A DNA stretch of 64,000 nt, taken from Candidatus Bathyarchaeota archaeon (GTDB lineage: Archaea > Thermoproteota > Bathyarchaeia > Bathyarchaeales > Bathycorpusculaceae). This document shows, one piece after another, positions 31,901-41,428 of this stretch. The translations under genes and the position numbers were made by a program. The stretch is from contig CAWDYC010000003.1 of the NCBI GenBank assembly GCA_963806535.1, forward strand, positions 192,001 to 256,000. The letters are read 5' to 3'. The notes below the pieces were generated by a model. It made no database searches, was not told the DNA's origin, and saw only the letters and a program-made list of their open reading frames with translations. Within the stretch, counting starts at the first letter, position 1, and each line of letters starts with the position of its first letter.

Positions 31901-31990
31901 TCTAACTTGCTTTAGTTCTAATGGCATCCAAACAGCCATAAATAAAATGGCTATTAAGAAAAATACCGACCACTTTCTCCGTTTATCCAT
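28970..31990 (-). CDS. Large secreted mosaic protein: PKD-like, PstS/PBP-like fragment, dockerin, cohesin, C-terminal beta-sandwich
   Basis: Signal peptide from MDKRRK; YVFDWGDGS; duplicated DGTDFIxFxAAYIKYY with ADINCDGKVD; IQVDVRID...WNSSVMQL...EGGFL...SGVLATLWFNVTGSGTTDIDL; FSDGFESGDFSNW. Confidence 0.8.
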   Translation of the reverse strand: MDKRRKWSVFFLIAILFMAVWMPLELKQVRADYYSEPGLTTTPGIQQIIGPSDAQEYGHDEYAGQVVAKVAYSVAYSSNGGYGANLVYVPSILVDAYPGSGQYGSGVMWPMNVKISVSGTNPVSGQMNSQWQFSNLNYASNPAGGGTIYSPNIANMAGFLLTMIPDDGISLSALAYLVQSSDGNGIATGYRSDANGHNGAYIEQDYEPTYTSGSDRVSLQCPFQLIPPTDEFGIYSLNFNFEVTIGYYALPQDNGQDMDTYPIALCTVDYSQTLTYAYFPSSNTGPSILGPYSLFAGVASLVTNTITSNNIVYTKIDSNTLYAFLAYTTANTQDYPLTYVFDWGDGSTNHVSSSHDMYVVAYHRWSTTGYYTVKFTATTNSGQPIGSYSTLPVNVGSQSTPSLSVGCSSSTLFSVASRAASSFPQYYNGLGSGSISGVGVAWDSDNAVYSGVASGLFDVGLVDRPPSIDEWGSMPNLQLWAVGYSGNLPPKGQNLDPMNLLWIITDSNLIRNVGADSAMSVFASYIRNNINDCLTGSGFAALSLADNSGGLDVDSTNNTYAPLPGQTQRIPNGIADGTDFIYFCAAYIKYYAGSGTLNPLADINCDGKVDGTDFIKFVAAYIKYYNPTYSLTKTINQRSLTDDLSAPSGVVSAVEGGANNTVWSVGPSPNPINSTIQVDVRIDNASNIWGWSLPDVSWNSSVMQLLAVQEGGFLANNSVGGSTSFIGDSPDLFDNVNGVLNGGLSEVIRAEATSTSSSGVLATLWFNVTGSGTTDIDLSGATVYADSTDDAGASVSSNNATLTVETPPPIFSDGFESGDFSNWDTYFGNPPSVMPTISTAQAHTGNCSVYFPAKPAYKYAFLTKSVLAQSSLDFRFYMNLADISGSGYFTLAEVDSQSGDYIRPMLNLAANQCRIDYYNCTSHTHYYTYSQTVNVTANTWFSLEIALTSNSFTLYYNAEPVVNGNFNNGSETAFDLISIYSYAYPANGEPAFYIDDVMASTSYIGQ

Positions 31991-32170
31991 TTTATCTCTC
32001 CGCTGCTTGATTCTATTTGCTTTCCTTTGAGTTATTGAAATTATCCAACGTAAAGTAAATAGCACGCTATAGTTGTCATTTGATTGATTCAATCGCTTTA
32101 TTTCATTTTACGATGTTTTGAATATGTTATACATGTCTCCTTGAGAAAATTAGAATTCAGGTGGTTTAAG

Positions 32171-32812
32171 TTAGAACATAGAGGCTGTTCTCTTTGCTTG
32201 TTCGCGTTTAGTATAAGCTATAAGTGATATTATAACTCCATCATTTAGGAGTAACACTCCTAATGTTAGAAATAGAGAATTTGCGCTTTTGGAGTAAACG
32301 CTAATTGTTACTCTATATGTCCCCATTTCAGAAAGGTGCGCTAATTTTGAAGCTGTGCCATCGCTAACATTAAATGTTGAGATAGCGCCAAATCGGATGG
32401 CGTAAGTATCAAAATTACTAAGACCTGTGTCTTGGCCTACAATCGCAGAATAAATTGGAAACTCCTCAGTATTATAAGTTAAGGAAGGAGGATCTTCTAA
32501 GCTTCCATTTTGGTATACGAAATTCAAGTCATAATACTGAATAAAGACGGTGGGCCAATTTCCGCTGTTGTTACTTGTGAGCTCAGTGGTAATCACTATT
32601 TTATCCAAAAATTGCGCATGTATAAATTCGGTGAGGGAGTTCATCACGTAGGTTTGATTTTTGTATGTCTGGAAGGGAAGAGCTAATGAAAATGTAAAAT
32701 CAACCGGATATGTCTGTGAAGAAACAAGTCCATACGTTGTTTGATCCATAACTAAAAGTACGCTACCTGCTATTAGCAGGATTAAACCGATTGCCAGACT
32801 GATGTGTTTCAT
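32171..32812 (-). CDS. Hypothetical membrane protein (N- and C-terminal TM)
   Basis: 213-aa ORF with two terminal hydrophobic helices. Confidence 0.7.
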   Translation of the reverse strand: MKHISLAIGLILLIAGSVLLVMDQTTYGLVSSQTYPVDFTFSLALPFQTYKNQTYVMNSLTEFIHAQFLDKIVITTELTSNNSGNWPTVFIQYYDLNFVYQNGSLEDPPSLTYNTEEFPIYSAIVGQDTGLSNFDTYAIRFGAISTFNVSDGTASKLAHLSEMGTYRVTISVYSKSANSLFLTLGVLLLNDGVIISLIAYTKREQAKRTASMF

Positions 32813-33152
32813 TGGTTGCCAATCCCTTTTCTTGAAGTGAAGCTTAGCATAAAATAAATTGATTACTTTCTAGGTTTAACCATATAAAGTCTGTCTACTT
32901 AAACTATAAAGGCCAAAGGCAAGCCATCGGAAATGTTTTAAGCAGTTCGACAACATAACGTGAAGCGACTGTAAGGAAGCTTAAGTGTTAGACTTGATTA
33001 GACAGGGGAAGAGGGCACCAATTTTGCTAGTGATTTTGGAAAACCCTAAATTGTAGGGGAGGGTAGCTAGTTTTTAGCTAGTAAAAATATGTCAAAACAG
33101 TAGACGTGGAGAGGCTAAACGTAAATACAAATCAAGATTAAATAATGAAATC

Positions 33153-33446
33153 ATGAATAAGAGAACTTTGATTGCTGGGTTCATCGTCCTTTTGATCGGT
33201 ATAGTACTTAATTTAGGGGCTGAACAAATCATGTCTTCTTATCCGAACGGAAAATCACTCTCATCAAGTGCATCAGGGAGTTTTGCAATTGCGTCATTAA
33301 TAATCGGTTCTTTACTGGCAGTTTCAGGAATCATTCTGCTTATATATGGTGCAATCTCACCAGAACCACCAATTCACTACAACAATAATCTTAGAGTAAT
33401 TCACTTTACAAACTATGCATGCATTTTGAGGGTGGTTAGTTACTAG
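33153..33446 (+). CDS. Small two-TM hypothetical protein
   Basis: Two hydrophobic helices. Confidence 0.6.
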   Translation: MNKRTLIAGFIVLLIGIVLNLGAEQIMSSYPNGKSLSSSASGSFAIASLIIGSLLAVSGIILLIYGAISPEPPIHYNNNLRVIHFTNYACILRVVSY

Positions 33447-33509
33447 GGTAGGGGGTCTACTTTTTAGGGGTTGAATGTAAGTTAAAAAAACAAGAGCAGA
33501 ATAGCGTTA

Positions 33510-33632
33510 TGGCTTTTTGCTTTTTTCATGAAAGCTTCCATTGCGTTGTAGGCTTCTTCCAGCTCATTTATTGGCGGTAGGAAGACTATTCTTGCGTGCC
33601 CTTTGCCGTAGACGGGGGTCAAATCCTAAGCG
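33510..33632 (-). repeat. Second displaced copy of the aminotransferase 3' end
   Basis: Minus strand reads GFDP(+1)VYGKGHARIVFLPPINELEEAYNAMEAFMKK versus GFDPVYGKGHARAVFLPPIPELEEAFNGLEGFMKK in the intact gene. Confidence 0.9.
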
Positions 33633-33779
33633 CAATCAGGCTGCAAATTAACTCCACTTTTCCAACACGGGTCTTTAAAAAATATTTTTGAGAAATCCAC
33701 TGCTGACTAGTCAATTTAAGAGTTTCCTATAGATAAATACGTTAACATAAAACATCACTATCTAGAAAGAGAGATAAAG

Positions 33780-34047
33780 ATGAGCGCCAAGAATGAGAAG
33801 GAAAAGTCAATCGCTCTTTCTCCTCACGCTAAAGAAAAACTGAAGAGGTTATTCTAATGGAGTCACCGTAGACAAAGCCATTAAAACAATTAAACAACCT
33901 GAGAGTCTAATCTCAGGATATTTTGGCAGAAAAATTGCTCAATCTGCGCTAACTGATAAGCTTTTGCTTAGAGTTATCTACGAAGAAACGGATAATAACA
34001 TCTTGGTGGTAACGTTGTATCCAGCTAAGAGGCAGCGATATGAATAA
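33780..34047 (+). CDS. DUF4258-like putative toxin; frameshifted near 33855
   Basis: SPHAKEKL ... GYFGRKIAQ ... LLRVIYEE...ILVVTLYP; overlaps the DUF2283 start. Confidence 0.7.
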
Positions 34048-34264
34048 GATAACTTATGACGGAGTAGGCGATACACTAAGCATAGTCTTAAGCAAGAAAC
34101 AAATAGCGTATGCAGAGGAACATGGAGTAGTCATAGTTAACTTTGACGATAAGGGAAAACCAGCGGAAATTGAAATTCTAAATGCAAGCAAATTTATAGG
34201 TGACCTTGTATCGACAATAATCAAAGCGAAAACTGGCGAAAAACAGATAGAAATCAATGCTTAA
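34040..34264 (+). CDS. DUF2283 family protein (putative antitoxin)
   Basis: ITYDGVGDTLSI ... VIVNFDDKGKPAEIEILNASK. Confidence 0.85.
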   Translation: MNKITYDGVGDTLSIVLSKKQIAYAEEHGVVIVNFDDKGKPAEIEILNASKFIGDLVSTIIKAKTGEKQIEINA

Positions 34265-34641
34265 TTAACTTCGGTCAAGTGCACTTTCTTGAAACATCGT
34301 GTTACCTTGTTGAGGCAATAAGACTGCTGAATAGTTGCTGATAGGTCAAGCAAAATTCTCGTCTGCATCTTGCTTATTGATTAACAATTCATGGAGCGGC
34401 AGTTCGTTTTGGTCTGCAGTGAAAACTTGCTCCTCTGCCTTGCTCAATAGAGGCAGAAAGATGCCCATCAACAAAATAAACAATATTGCAGATGCAAACG
34501 CGGCTTAGAGTTTCAAGGTTTCATCCTGCTGGATGGGCAGTATGACGGGATTTGTGTTATAACATTTGTCACCATAGAAACCGTAGGTGCGATAGAGCAA
34601 TAGAGCACACAAGCAGAAAGCGCCTGACTTCGTACTTTCAG

Positions 34642-35142
34642 TTAGGTAGAGTTAGCTCTGAGCGGTTGCCCTTTTGGTCTTTTAAGGTGAAAGTATTCTT
34701 TCACTCTTGCTATTTGAAAATAAATCAGACATACTGAACTGTAAATTATGGGAACAAGGCAAATCTTGATTAAATATTTAGGAGTGGGAGCCCCAATAAA
34801 AAAAGGGTCACCAGCAAAGATTACTGGAACATATGATAACAGAATGAAAAGCCAAAAACCAATTACACAATACCAATTTCCCTTTTTAGGTTGATTTAAG
34901 GCCACAAAGATAAGAAAGGAAAAGAAAGCAGTAACAAACAGAAGGAGCGAAAGATTTGTTGCTGCCACGGATACATGAAATTGTGAGTCTCCAGCACCGC
35001 CAGCACCCAAAAGGCCAAAAAAGAGTACTGAATAGAACCCAAATCCCAATGAAAATAGCAAAGTTGCATACCTAATTATCGTTACTCCGACTGGTTTTGA
35101 GTCATTAGCAGGCTTTCCAGGGGTCTCATTCAACTCGGGCAT
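34642..35142 (-). CDS. Hypothetical four-TM membrane protein
   Basis: KPVGVTII start, four hydrophobic helices, VKEYF tail. Confidence 0.7.
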   Translation of the reverse strand: MPELNETPGKPANDSKPVGVTIIRYATLLFSLGFGFYSVLFFGLLGAGGAGDSQFHVSVAATNLSLLLFVTAFFSFLIFVALNQPKKGNWYCVIGFWLFILLSYVPVIFAGDPFFIGAPTPKYLIKICLVPIIYSSVCLIYFQIARVKEYFHLKRPKGQPLRANST

Positions 35143-35279
35143 CTTGTTTGATCCTGTCTTTTTCGGTGGTATCTAGATACAGTATTTGTACTATCGGGGG
35201 TTTTCCAATATAAAATCAACCTGTGTAGATTACGCAAGCTTTAGGCTATCAAGAACTACAAGTTGCAAAAGATTTCAAT

Positions 35280-36491
35280 CTAATTTTTGCTTTTGCGTTT
35301 CTTCATGAATCCTTCTAAGCCGTTGAAAGCTTCTTCCAACTCTGGAATAGGTGGCAGGAATACTGCTCTGGCATGTCCTTTGCCGTAAACTGGGTCGAAA
35401 CCTGAGCCATTAACGATAAGCACGCCTGTTTCTTTAAGCAGATCAACTACGAATTCCATATCAGTTTTCCATATTTTGCCTACATCATGGATTTTTGGGA
35501 AGATATAAAATGCGCCTTCAGGTTTTGTTGTGCTTATGCCTTCAATCTCGTTGAGGCGTTTGCATGAGTAGTCTCTTCTTTGTCGTAGTTTTTCGACGAC
35601 ACCTTTGATGTGGTCTTGTGGTCCGTTGAGGGCTGCGGCGCCGGCTTTCTGCACGGGTGTGTTAGCGCATAGGCGGATGCGGCATTCTTTTTCGATTCCC
35701 TGCCTAAGGTCATCTAGTTCTCCTTTTTCGCTTTTGAAATATAAGTATCCTAATCGTAGCCCCGTCATTTGGTAAGCCTTTGAGAAGCCATTGAATCCTA
35801 GAACAGGTACGTCTTTTGCTATGCTAGCGGTGCTGACAAAATTGTCTGAATAAGTTATTTGATCATATATTTCATCCGACAAAACAAGCAGCTTATGTTC
35901 TGCTGCGACATCCAACATTTCCTTGATCATTTTTCTTCCATAAACGGCGCCGGTCGGATTATTTGGGTTAATGATTACGAGCGCTCGGGTTTTCTTGGAA
36001 ATTTTCTTCCTCAAATCGTCTACATTTGGTTGCCAGCATTCGGATTCTAAAGTTTCGTAGGCGACTGGGGTGCCATCAAAGAATTTTGTGTATGAAATAT
36101 AAGGGGGATATGTTGGTCCTGGGAAGAGGATTTCGTCGCCTTTCTCGACGATGGCGGCAAGTGACATCTGTATGCCTTCAGAGATGCCTTCGGTGATTAG
36201 GACGTCTTCGGCGGTTATGTTAACATTGTTAACTCGTTTTTCTTTTTTGGCAACGGCTTCTCGAAGTTCCAGAATTCCTTCTGAAGGGGAGTAGTAATTG
36301 TTGTCTTCTTGCAGAGCTTTACAAAGTGCTGCTTTGACATGTGGTGGTACCGTTAAGTCGAAAGCTGCGGGGTCGCCGATGTTTAGGTAATAGATTTTTT
36401 TGCCATCTTTGGTAAGTTGTTTGGTATGGACTATTACATCTCGTATTGCATATTCAATGTTCGAGGCTCTGCTGGTGACTTTGAAGACCAA
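35280..36491 (-). CDS. PLP-dependent class I/II aminotransferase (alanine aminotransferase-like)
   Basis: LNIGDP, INPNNPTG, SDEIY, NGFSKAYQMTGLRLG. Confidence 0.92.
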   Translation of the reverse strand: MVFKVTSRASNIEYAIRDVIVHTKQLTKDGKKIYYLNIGDPAAFDLTVPPHVKAALCKALQEDNNYYSPSEGILELREAVAKKEKRVNNVNITAEDVLITEGISEGIQMSLAAIVEKGDEILFPGPTYPPYISYTKFFDGTPVAYETLESECWQPNVDDLRKKISKKTRALVIINPNNPTGAVYGRKMIKEMLDVAAEHKLLVLSDEIYDQITYSDNFVSTASIAKDVPVLGFNGFSKAYQMTGLRLGYLYFKSEKGELDDLRQGIEKECRIRLCANTPVQKAGAAALNGPQDHIKGVVEKLRQRRDYSCKRLNEIEGISTTKPEGAFYIFPKIHDVGKIWKTDMEFVVDLLKETGVLIVNGSGFDPVYGKGHARAVFLPPIPELEEAFNGLEGFMKKRKSKN

Positions 36492-36645
36492 GTTTTGTTA
36501 CCTGTAACCCAAACACTTGCTAATGGAAAAAATAAATGTTCCTAAGATAAAAGAGCAGGAAATGACAGGGTTGTGCTTCTGGCTGAAAGAAAAAATTAGT
36601 CGCAACCACATTTTTATTTTTGATTCCCTTTGAATTGACTTAGTT

Positions 36646-38478
36646 TTGGTGAACAACGTGTTTGGCTGGACCGGCAATTTTCTTAGAATAAATTTAAGTA
36701 AAAATCAAGCTGTTGCAGAGGAATACAAGCAAGATTTGGCCTTAAAATTTCTTGGCGGCAGAGGCTTCGCAATCAAAATCCTCTGGGACACCCTAAAACA
36801 GGGAACTGACCCTCTTTCACCTGAAAATAAACTGATCTTTGCAACTGGACCTTTAACCGCGATCGGTTTACCTAACAGCGGAAAACTTGTTGTTGCATCT
36901 AAAAGCCCCTTAACCGGCGGCTACGGCGATGGAAACATTGGAACATTGGCAGCCGTGCAAATGCGCAAGGCCGGTTACGATGCGTTGATAGTGGAAGGAA
37001 AGGCTGAGAGACCAGTAATAGTCAATATTGAAGATAAATCGTGTGAATTTGTAGATGCGAAGGATTTTTGGGGTTTAAACGCTTTTGAATTAGAAAAGCA
37101 ACTTAGGAAACAATTTCCTAGGACCACGGGCATTCTTTCGATTGGCCCGGCGGGAGAGAACCAAGTCAAATTTGCAAATGTTGTCTCTCAAGAGGGACGT
37201 GCAGGCGGAAGACCTGGAATGGGCGCAGTCATGGGCTCAAAAAACTTGAAAGCCATAGTTATTGAAGCCACAGGGCAAATACCACTTGCAGACCCAGAAG
37301 AGATGCAAAAGCTCGCTGCTGAAGGTTACCGAGAAGTACTCACAAAACCTCTCTACCAATTTTGGAAACGACAGGGAACAATGTCAACAGTAGAGTGGTC
37401 TCAGGAAAACAGTGCATTACCCACCTTCAACTATAGACAAGCCGTTTTCGACAAAGCTGAAGGAATTGGAGGGTTTTCCATGGAAAAAATTAAGGTATCA
37501 AACCGCGGCTGTCCTCAATGCAACATGACCTGCGGCAACGTTGTTAAAGACAGTGAAGGAAAAGATTCAGAGCTAGATTACGAGAACGTTGTGATGCTTG
37601 GCTCAAACATTGGATTTGGAGACCTCGCCAAAGTAGCTACTTTGAACCGCATGGCCGATGAGTTTGGGTTTGACGCTATTTCACTTGGAAACGTACTTGG
37701 TTTCGCAATGGAAGCCTCCGAGAAAGGACTGATTGCAGAGAAGATTGGGTGGGGAAAGTTTGAAGAGACTAAAGCAATGATTAACGATATTGCTTATAGG
37801 CGTGGTTTTGGTGCAGTTTTAGCTGAAGGTGTACAGGCTGCATCAAAAATCATTGGGCAAGGCTCAAGCGATTGGGCAATGCACATTAAAGGTTTAGAGG
37901 TTTCAGCTTATGATTGTCATGCGGCTCCCTCTATGGCTTTAGCTTATGGCACCAGCTCGATTGGCGCTCATCACAAAGACGCTTGGGTTATAACGTGGGA
38001 AATTATGGCTGGCAGAGAAAGTTATGACCCGGCAAAGATTGACCACCTCATTGAAACACAGCTTATCCGAGGCGGACTCTTTGAAGCATTAGTTGTCTGC
38101 CGATTCCCTTACAACTCGCTCGGCTTCGAGCTTGAATGGTACCAAAAATATTTGAAAGCAGCAACTGGAGTAGATTTCTCATTGCATAAGCTGAACGAGA
38201 TTAGCGATAGAATACTCAATTTGATAAGGGCTTTTTGGGTGAGGGAGTACAAGGAAAAATGGAGCCGAGATTTGGACGTCCCGCCGTTGAGATGGTTTAA
38301 AGACCCCTTAACTCAAGGCACATTAAAGGGCGCTATGCTTGATATTGAGAAATACAATGAAATGCTGACTGCTTATTATCAAAAAAGGGGTTGGAACGTG
38401 CAGGGAGTGCCTATGCCTTCTACTTTGCAAGGGCTAGGTTTAGTTCAAGAGGCCAAGGAACTTGAGGCTTACTTGTAA
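36646..38478 (+). CDS. aor: Tungsten-dependent aldehyde:ferredoxin oxidoreductase family protein
   Basis: KSPLTG, IGPAGEN, GRPGMGAVMGSKNLKAI, CxxCxxxC, DYEN. Confidence 0.93.
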   Translation: MVNNVFGWTGNFLRINLSKNQAVAEEYKQDLALKFLGGRGFAIKILWDTLKQGTDPLSPENKLIFATGPLTAIGLPNSGKLVVASKSPLTGGYGDGNIGTLAAVQMRKAGYDALIVEGKAERPVIVNIEDKSCEFVDAKDFWGLNAFELEKQLRKQFPRTTGILSIGPAGENQVKFANVVSQEGRAGGRPGMGAVMGSKNLKAIVIEATGQIPLADPEEMQKLAAEGYREVLTKPLYQFWKRQGTMSTVEWSQENSALPTFNYRQAVFDKAEGIGGFSMEKIKVSNRGCPQCNMTCGNVVKDSEGKDSELDYENVVMLGSNIGFGDLAKVATLNRMADEFGFDAISLGNVLGFAMEASEKGLIAEKIGWGKFEETKAMINDIAYRRGFGAVLAEGVQAASKIIGQGSSDWAMHIKGLEVSAYDCHAAPSMALAYGTSSIGAHHKDAWVITWEIMAGRESYDPAKIDHLIETQLIRGGLFEALVVCRFPYNSLGFELEWYQKYLKAATGVDFSLHKLNEISDRILNLIRAFWVREYKEKWSRDLDVPPLRWFKDPLTQGTLKGAMLDIEKYNEMLTAYYQKRGWNVQGVPMPSTLQGLGLVQEAKELEAYL

Positions 38479-38503
38479 TTAGAAAAAGAAAAGTAGCCTC
38501 TTG

Positions 38504-39947
38504 TCAATACGACCTTGCGAAATAAACCATTTCTTTAGCAGTTTTTCCGCAGTAAACGCAGTTGGTTGTTGGCTCTTCTTTCTCGAAAGGTCGAACTCTG
38601 ATGGTTGCGCCTGTTTCTTCTTTAATTTTTGCTTCATCGTCTGCGCTACCGCACCATGCTGCCTTGACGAAGCCGCCTTTGTCGCAGAGGACTGATTTGA
38701 ATTCCTCATAGTTTTGGACAATTGTGGTTTTTTCCTGCATCAGAGCTTTGGCTTTTGCGAAGAGGTTATCCTGAATTTCAACAAGAAGTTTCTCGAGTGT
38801 GGCGGGGATGTCTGCTTCTTTAACGGGAGTTTTTTGACCAATATCACGCCTTACCATAACTACTTGTCCTTGCTTTAGGTCTCTTGGGCCAAGTTCGATT
38901 CTGACTGGAATGCCTTTTAGTTCCCACTGGTGGAATTTCCAGCCTGGAGTATACTCTTCTCTGTCATCTAAAATTACGCTGTAGCCTTTTGCTTTGAGGC
39001 TTTCAGCGATTTCTTTAGTTTTAGCTGCTATTGCGGCTTGTTCTGCGCTTTTGAATTGAATTGGAACAATAACAACTTGGAAAGGCGCAACTTTAGGCGG
39101 CATGATTAAGCCTTTGTCGTCGCCGTGAACCATAATCATAGCGCCGATGAGCCTTGTTGTGATGCCCCAGCTGGTCTGCCAAACGTAATGGTCTATGTTT
39201 GTCTTCGCCGATGTATTTTATGTCAAAGACTTTTGCGAAATGCTGTCCTAAATTGTGGCTGGTTCCCATTTGCAAAGCTTTTCCATCAGGCATCATTGAT
39301 TCTAACGCAGTTGTATAGAGTGCACCCGCAAATTTTTCGCTCTCGCTTTTAGTGCCAGTGAGTACTGGGATTGCAAGGTAATTTTCAATTATGTCCTTAT
39401 ACTCGCCGAGCGCATACATGACTTCGGCTTCCGCTTGCTCACTTGTAGCGTGCGCGGTGTGGCCTTCTTGCCAAAGAAATTCTCTTGTTCGCAAAAACAG
39501 TTTTGTGGCTTTTGTTTCCCACCTTACTATGTTGCACCATTGGTTAATCTTAATGGGCAAGTCACGCCAGCTTCGAACCCACTTGTTAAACGTATCATAC
39601 ATTATGGTTTCGCTTGTTGGTCGAACGGCCAGTTTCTCTTCAAGCGGTGTGTCACCGCCCTGAGTTATCCATGCAACTTCAGGCGTGAAACCCGCAAAAT
39701 GTTCTGCTTCCTTTTTCAGGAAGGCTTCAGGAATAAACATTGGAAAATACACGTTTCGGTGTCCGGTGGCTTTGATTTTTTGGTTTAGGATTTCTTGGAT
39801 TTTCTCCCAAACTGCGTAAGCGTCTTCGCGAATAATCATGCAGCCTTTAACTGGCGCGTAATCTGCAAGTCCAGCTTTCAGAATAACTTCTACGTACCAT
39901 TCAGAGAAGTCTTCGTTTTTCTTAACAGTAACCCCAGTATCTGACAT
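38504..39947 (-). CDS. proS: Prolyl-tRNA synthetase (archaeal/eukaryal type); frameshifted near 39190
   Basis: FSEWY, RPTSET, FLRTREFLWQEGHTAH, ALQMGTSH, WELKGIPVRIELGPRD, FARSY. Confidence 0.95.
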
Positions 39948-40219
39948 AGCGGATTCTCTTCTTTCCACAACTATACATGCAGAATATAAAACCGTAACGG
40001 GAACAACTGGCTAAAAAGTGTCGAATAAAGCGAGAAAAAAGAAAATGTTTCGCGTTATCGTCTGAAGAATTTCTTTTTCGGGAAGTCTTTGCATTCATAG
40101 ATTCTAAGTTGTCTTTGAGGTTCAATGCGGCATCTTTTGCGTGCGTTTTTTCGTCTTATCAGTGGAGCAAGTTGAAAGAAAGGGCATTTGGAACAGAGTG
40201 TGCTCAAGGTTTCTCGTTC

Positions 40220-41428
40220 CTACCTTGTCATCATTTTTCGGAATACCGGCAGTGCGATCGCGATCATGACTATGCCGAAGGCGATGAGGACGAGGAGGTC
40301 GGTGGATATTTGAGGTATCCCTGCGCCCAGCACCATGACTTTTCTTAGAGCATCTGAAGCGTATGTTAAGGGCAGTGCTTTGCTTATGTCCTGCATGTAC
40401 CAGGGCATCTGCTGTATGGGGAAGAACACTCCCGACAGGAACATCATTGGGAACATCAGCGTCATCATGAGCATCTGCGCGGTTTCCTGGTCTTTAGTGA
40501 ACGATGTTATTACTATGCCCAAGCCCACGAAGCTGAACACGCCGAGCAGCAGCAGCGCAAACACCAGCAGCAAGCTGCCCTGTACAGCGACTCCGAATAT
40601 TCCGATGGCTAACCCCAAGATTATAAGACCTTGGATTAAGCCTCGGGCCGTCTGCGCTCCAGTCTTACCCAGCAGGATGGAAAGTCTGTTTACTGGTGCA
40701 ACCATCATGCCGTCCATCGTTCCGATTTCCTTCTCCTGCGAGATAGCGACAGGTAAACCTGTCATGACACTCATCATAACGGTCATAGCCATTATGCCCG
40801 GCGCGATGAAGTCAAAGTAGCTCGGGTGACCTGAAATTACACCTTGAGTTTGTACATTAAAGGGCTGTATCACTGCAAGGGGGTTTGTAACTGTTGAATT
40901 CAGTGTTTGAACGTTGTGTATGGCTATCTGTTGACCCATTGCGTTGAATACACCGCTTAATGCGGCTTGAATTGTCGCAGATATCTGGGGGTTTGATTCA
41001 TCGGTGACTATTAAGAGGGTGCTTTGTTGCCCCGTTAGCATGCTTTGGGAGAAGTTGCTGGGTATTACGATGCCGCCTTCAAGGTCTCCACGCTGTACCA
41101 TATCCTTGAGGCTCGCTGTGCTTGACACGTTAGTTATTACGAGCATGTGTGTCTGATCGTTGATTGCTTCCAAGCTCTGGATGAACCCTCCATGAGTCGT
41201 GTTTGACATAAATGCCCCGCTGAAGCCTGAGTCCTCGTTAACTATTCCAACCTGCAAGTTGCTTATGGTACCGTTGGATGGGTAGATGAATCCAACCATA
41301 ACCATCATGAACAATGGCATGACGATTAAGAGCACTAATCCAAGTCGGTTGCGAAATAGTTCAGTTAAGTCTTTTTTAGCAATTCTTAAGCTATGCTGTA
41401 AAATAGTTTGTGCGGTCATGTCTATCAC
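40220..41428 (-). CDS. ABC-2 type transporter permease
   Basis: FIAPGI, EKEIGT, FPMMFLSGVFFPI, LPLTYASDALR. Confidence 0.93.
   Translation of the reverse strand: MIDMTAQTILQHSLRIAKKDLTELFRNRLGLVLLIVMPLFMMVMVGFIYPSNGTISNLQVGIVNEDSGFSGAFMSNTTHGGFIQSLEAINDQTHMLVITNVSSTASLKDMVQRGDLEGGIVIPSNFSQSMLTGQQSTLLIVTDESNPQISATIQAALSGVFNAMGQQIAIHNVQTLNSTVTNPLAVIQPFNVQTQGVISGHPSYFDFIAPGIMAMTVMMSVMTGLPVAISQEKEIGTMDGMMVAPVNRLSILLGKTGAQTARGLIQGLIILGLAIGIFGVAVQGSLLLVFALLLLGVFSFVGLGIVITSFTKDQETAQMLMMTLMFPMMFLSGVFFPIQQMPWYMQDISKALPLTYASDALRKVMVLGAGIPQISTDLLVLIAFGIVMIAIALPVFRKMMTR

Noticed and set aside
34270-34520. Minus-strand remnant with a signal-peptide-like stretch
   Set aside because: In-frame stops and too short to assign; at most a decayed fragment.
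39093-39200. Programmed frameshifting or a naturally split proS or glmS
   Set aside because: No slippery site with a stimulator was evident, and indels are widespread, so sequencing error is simpler.
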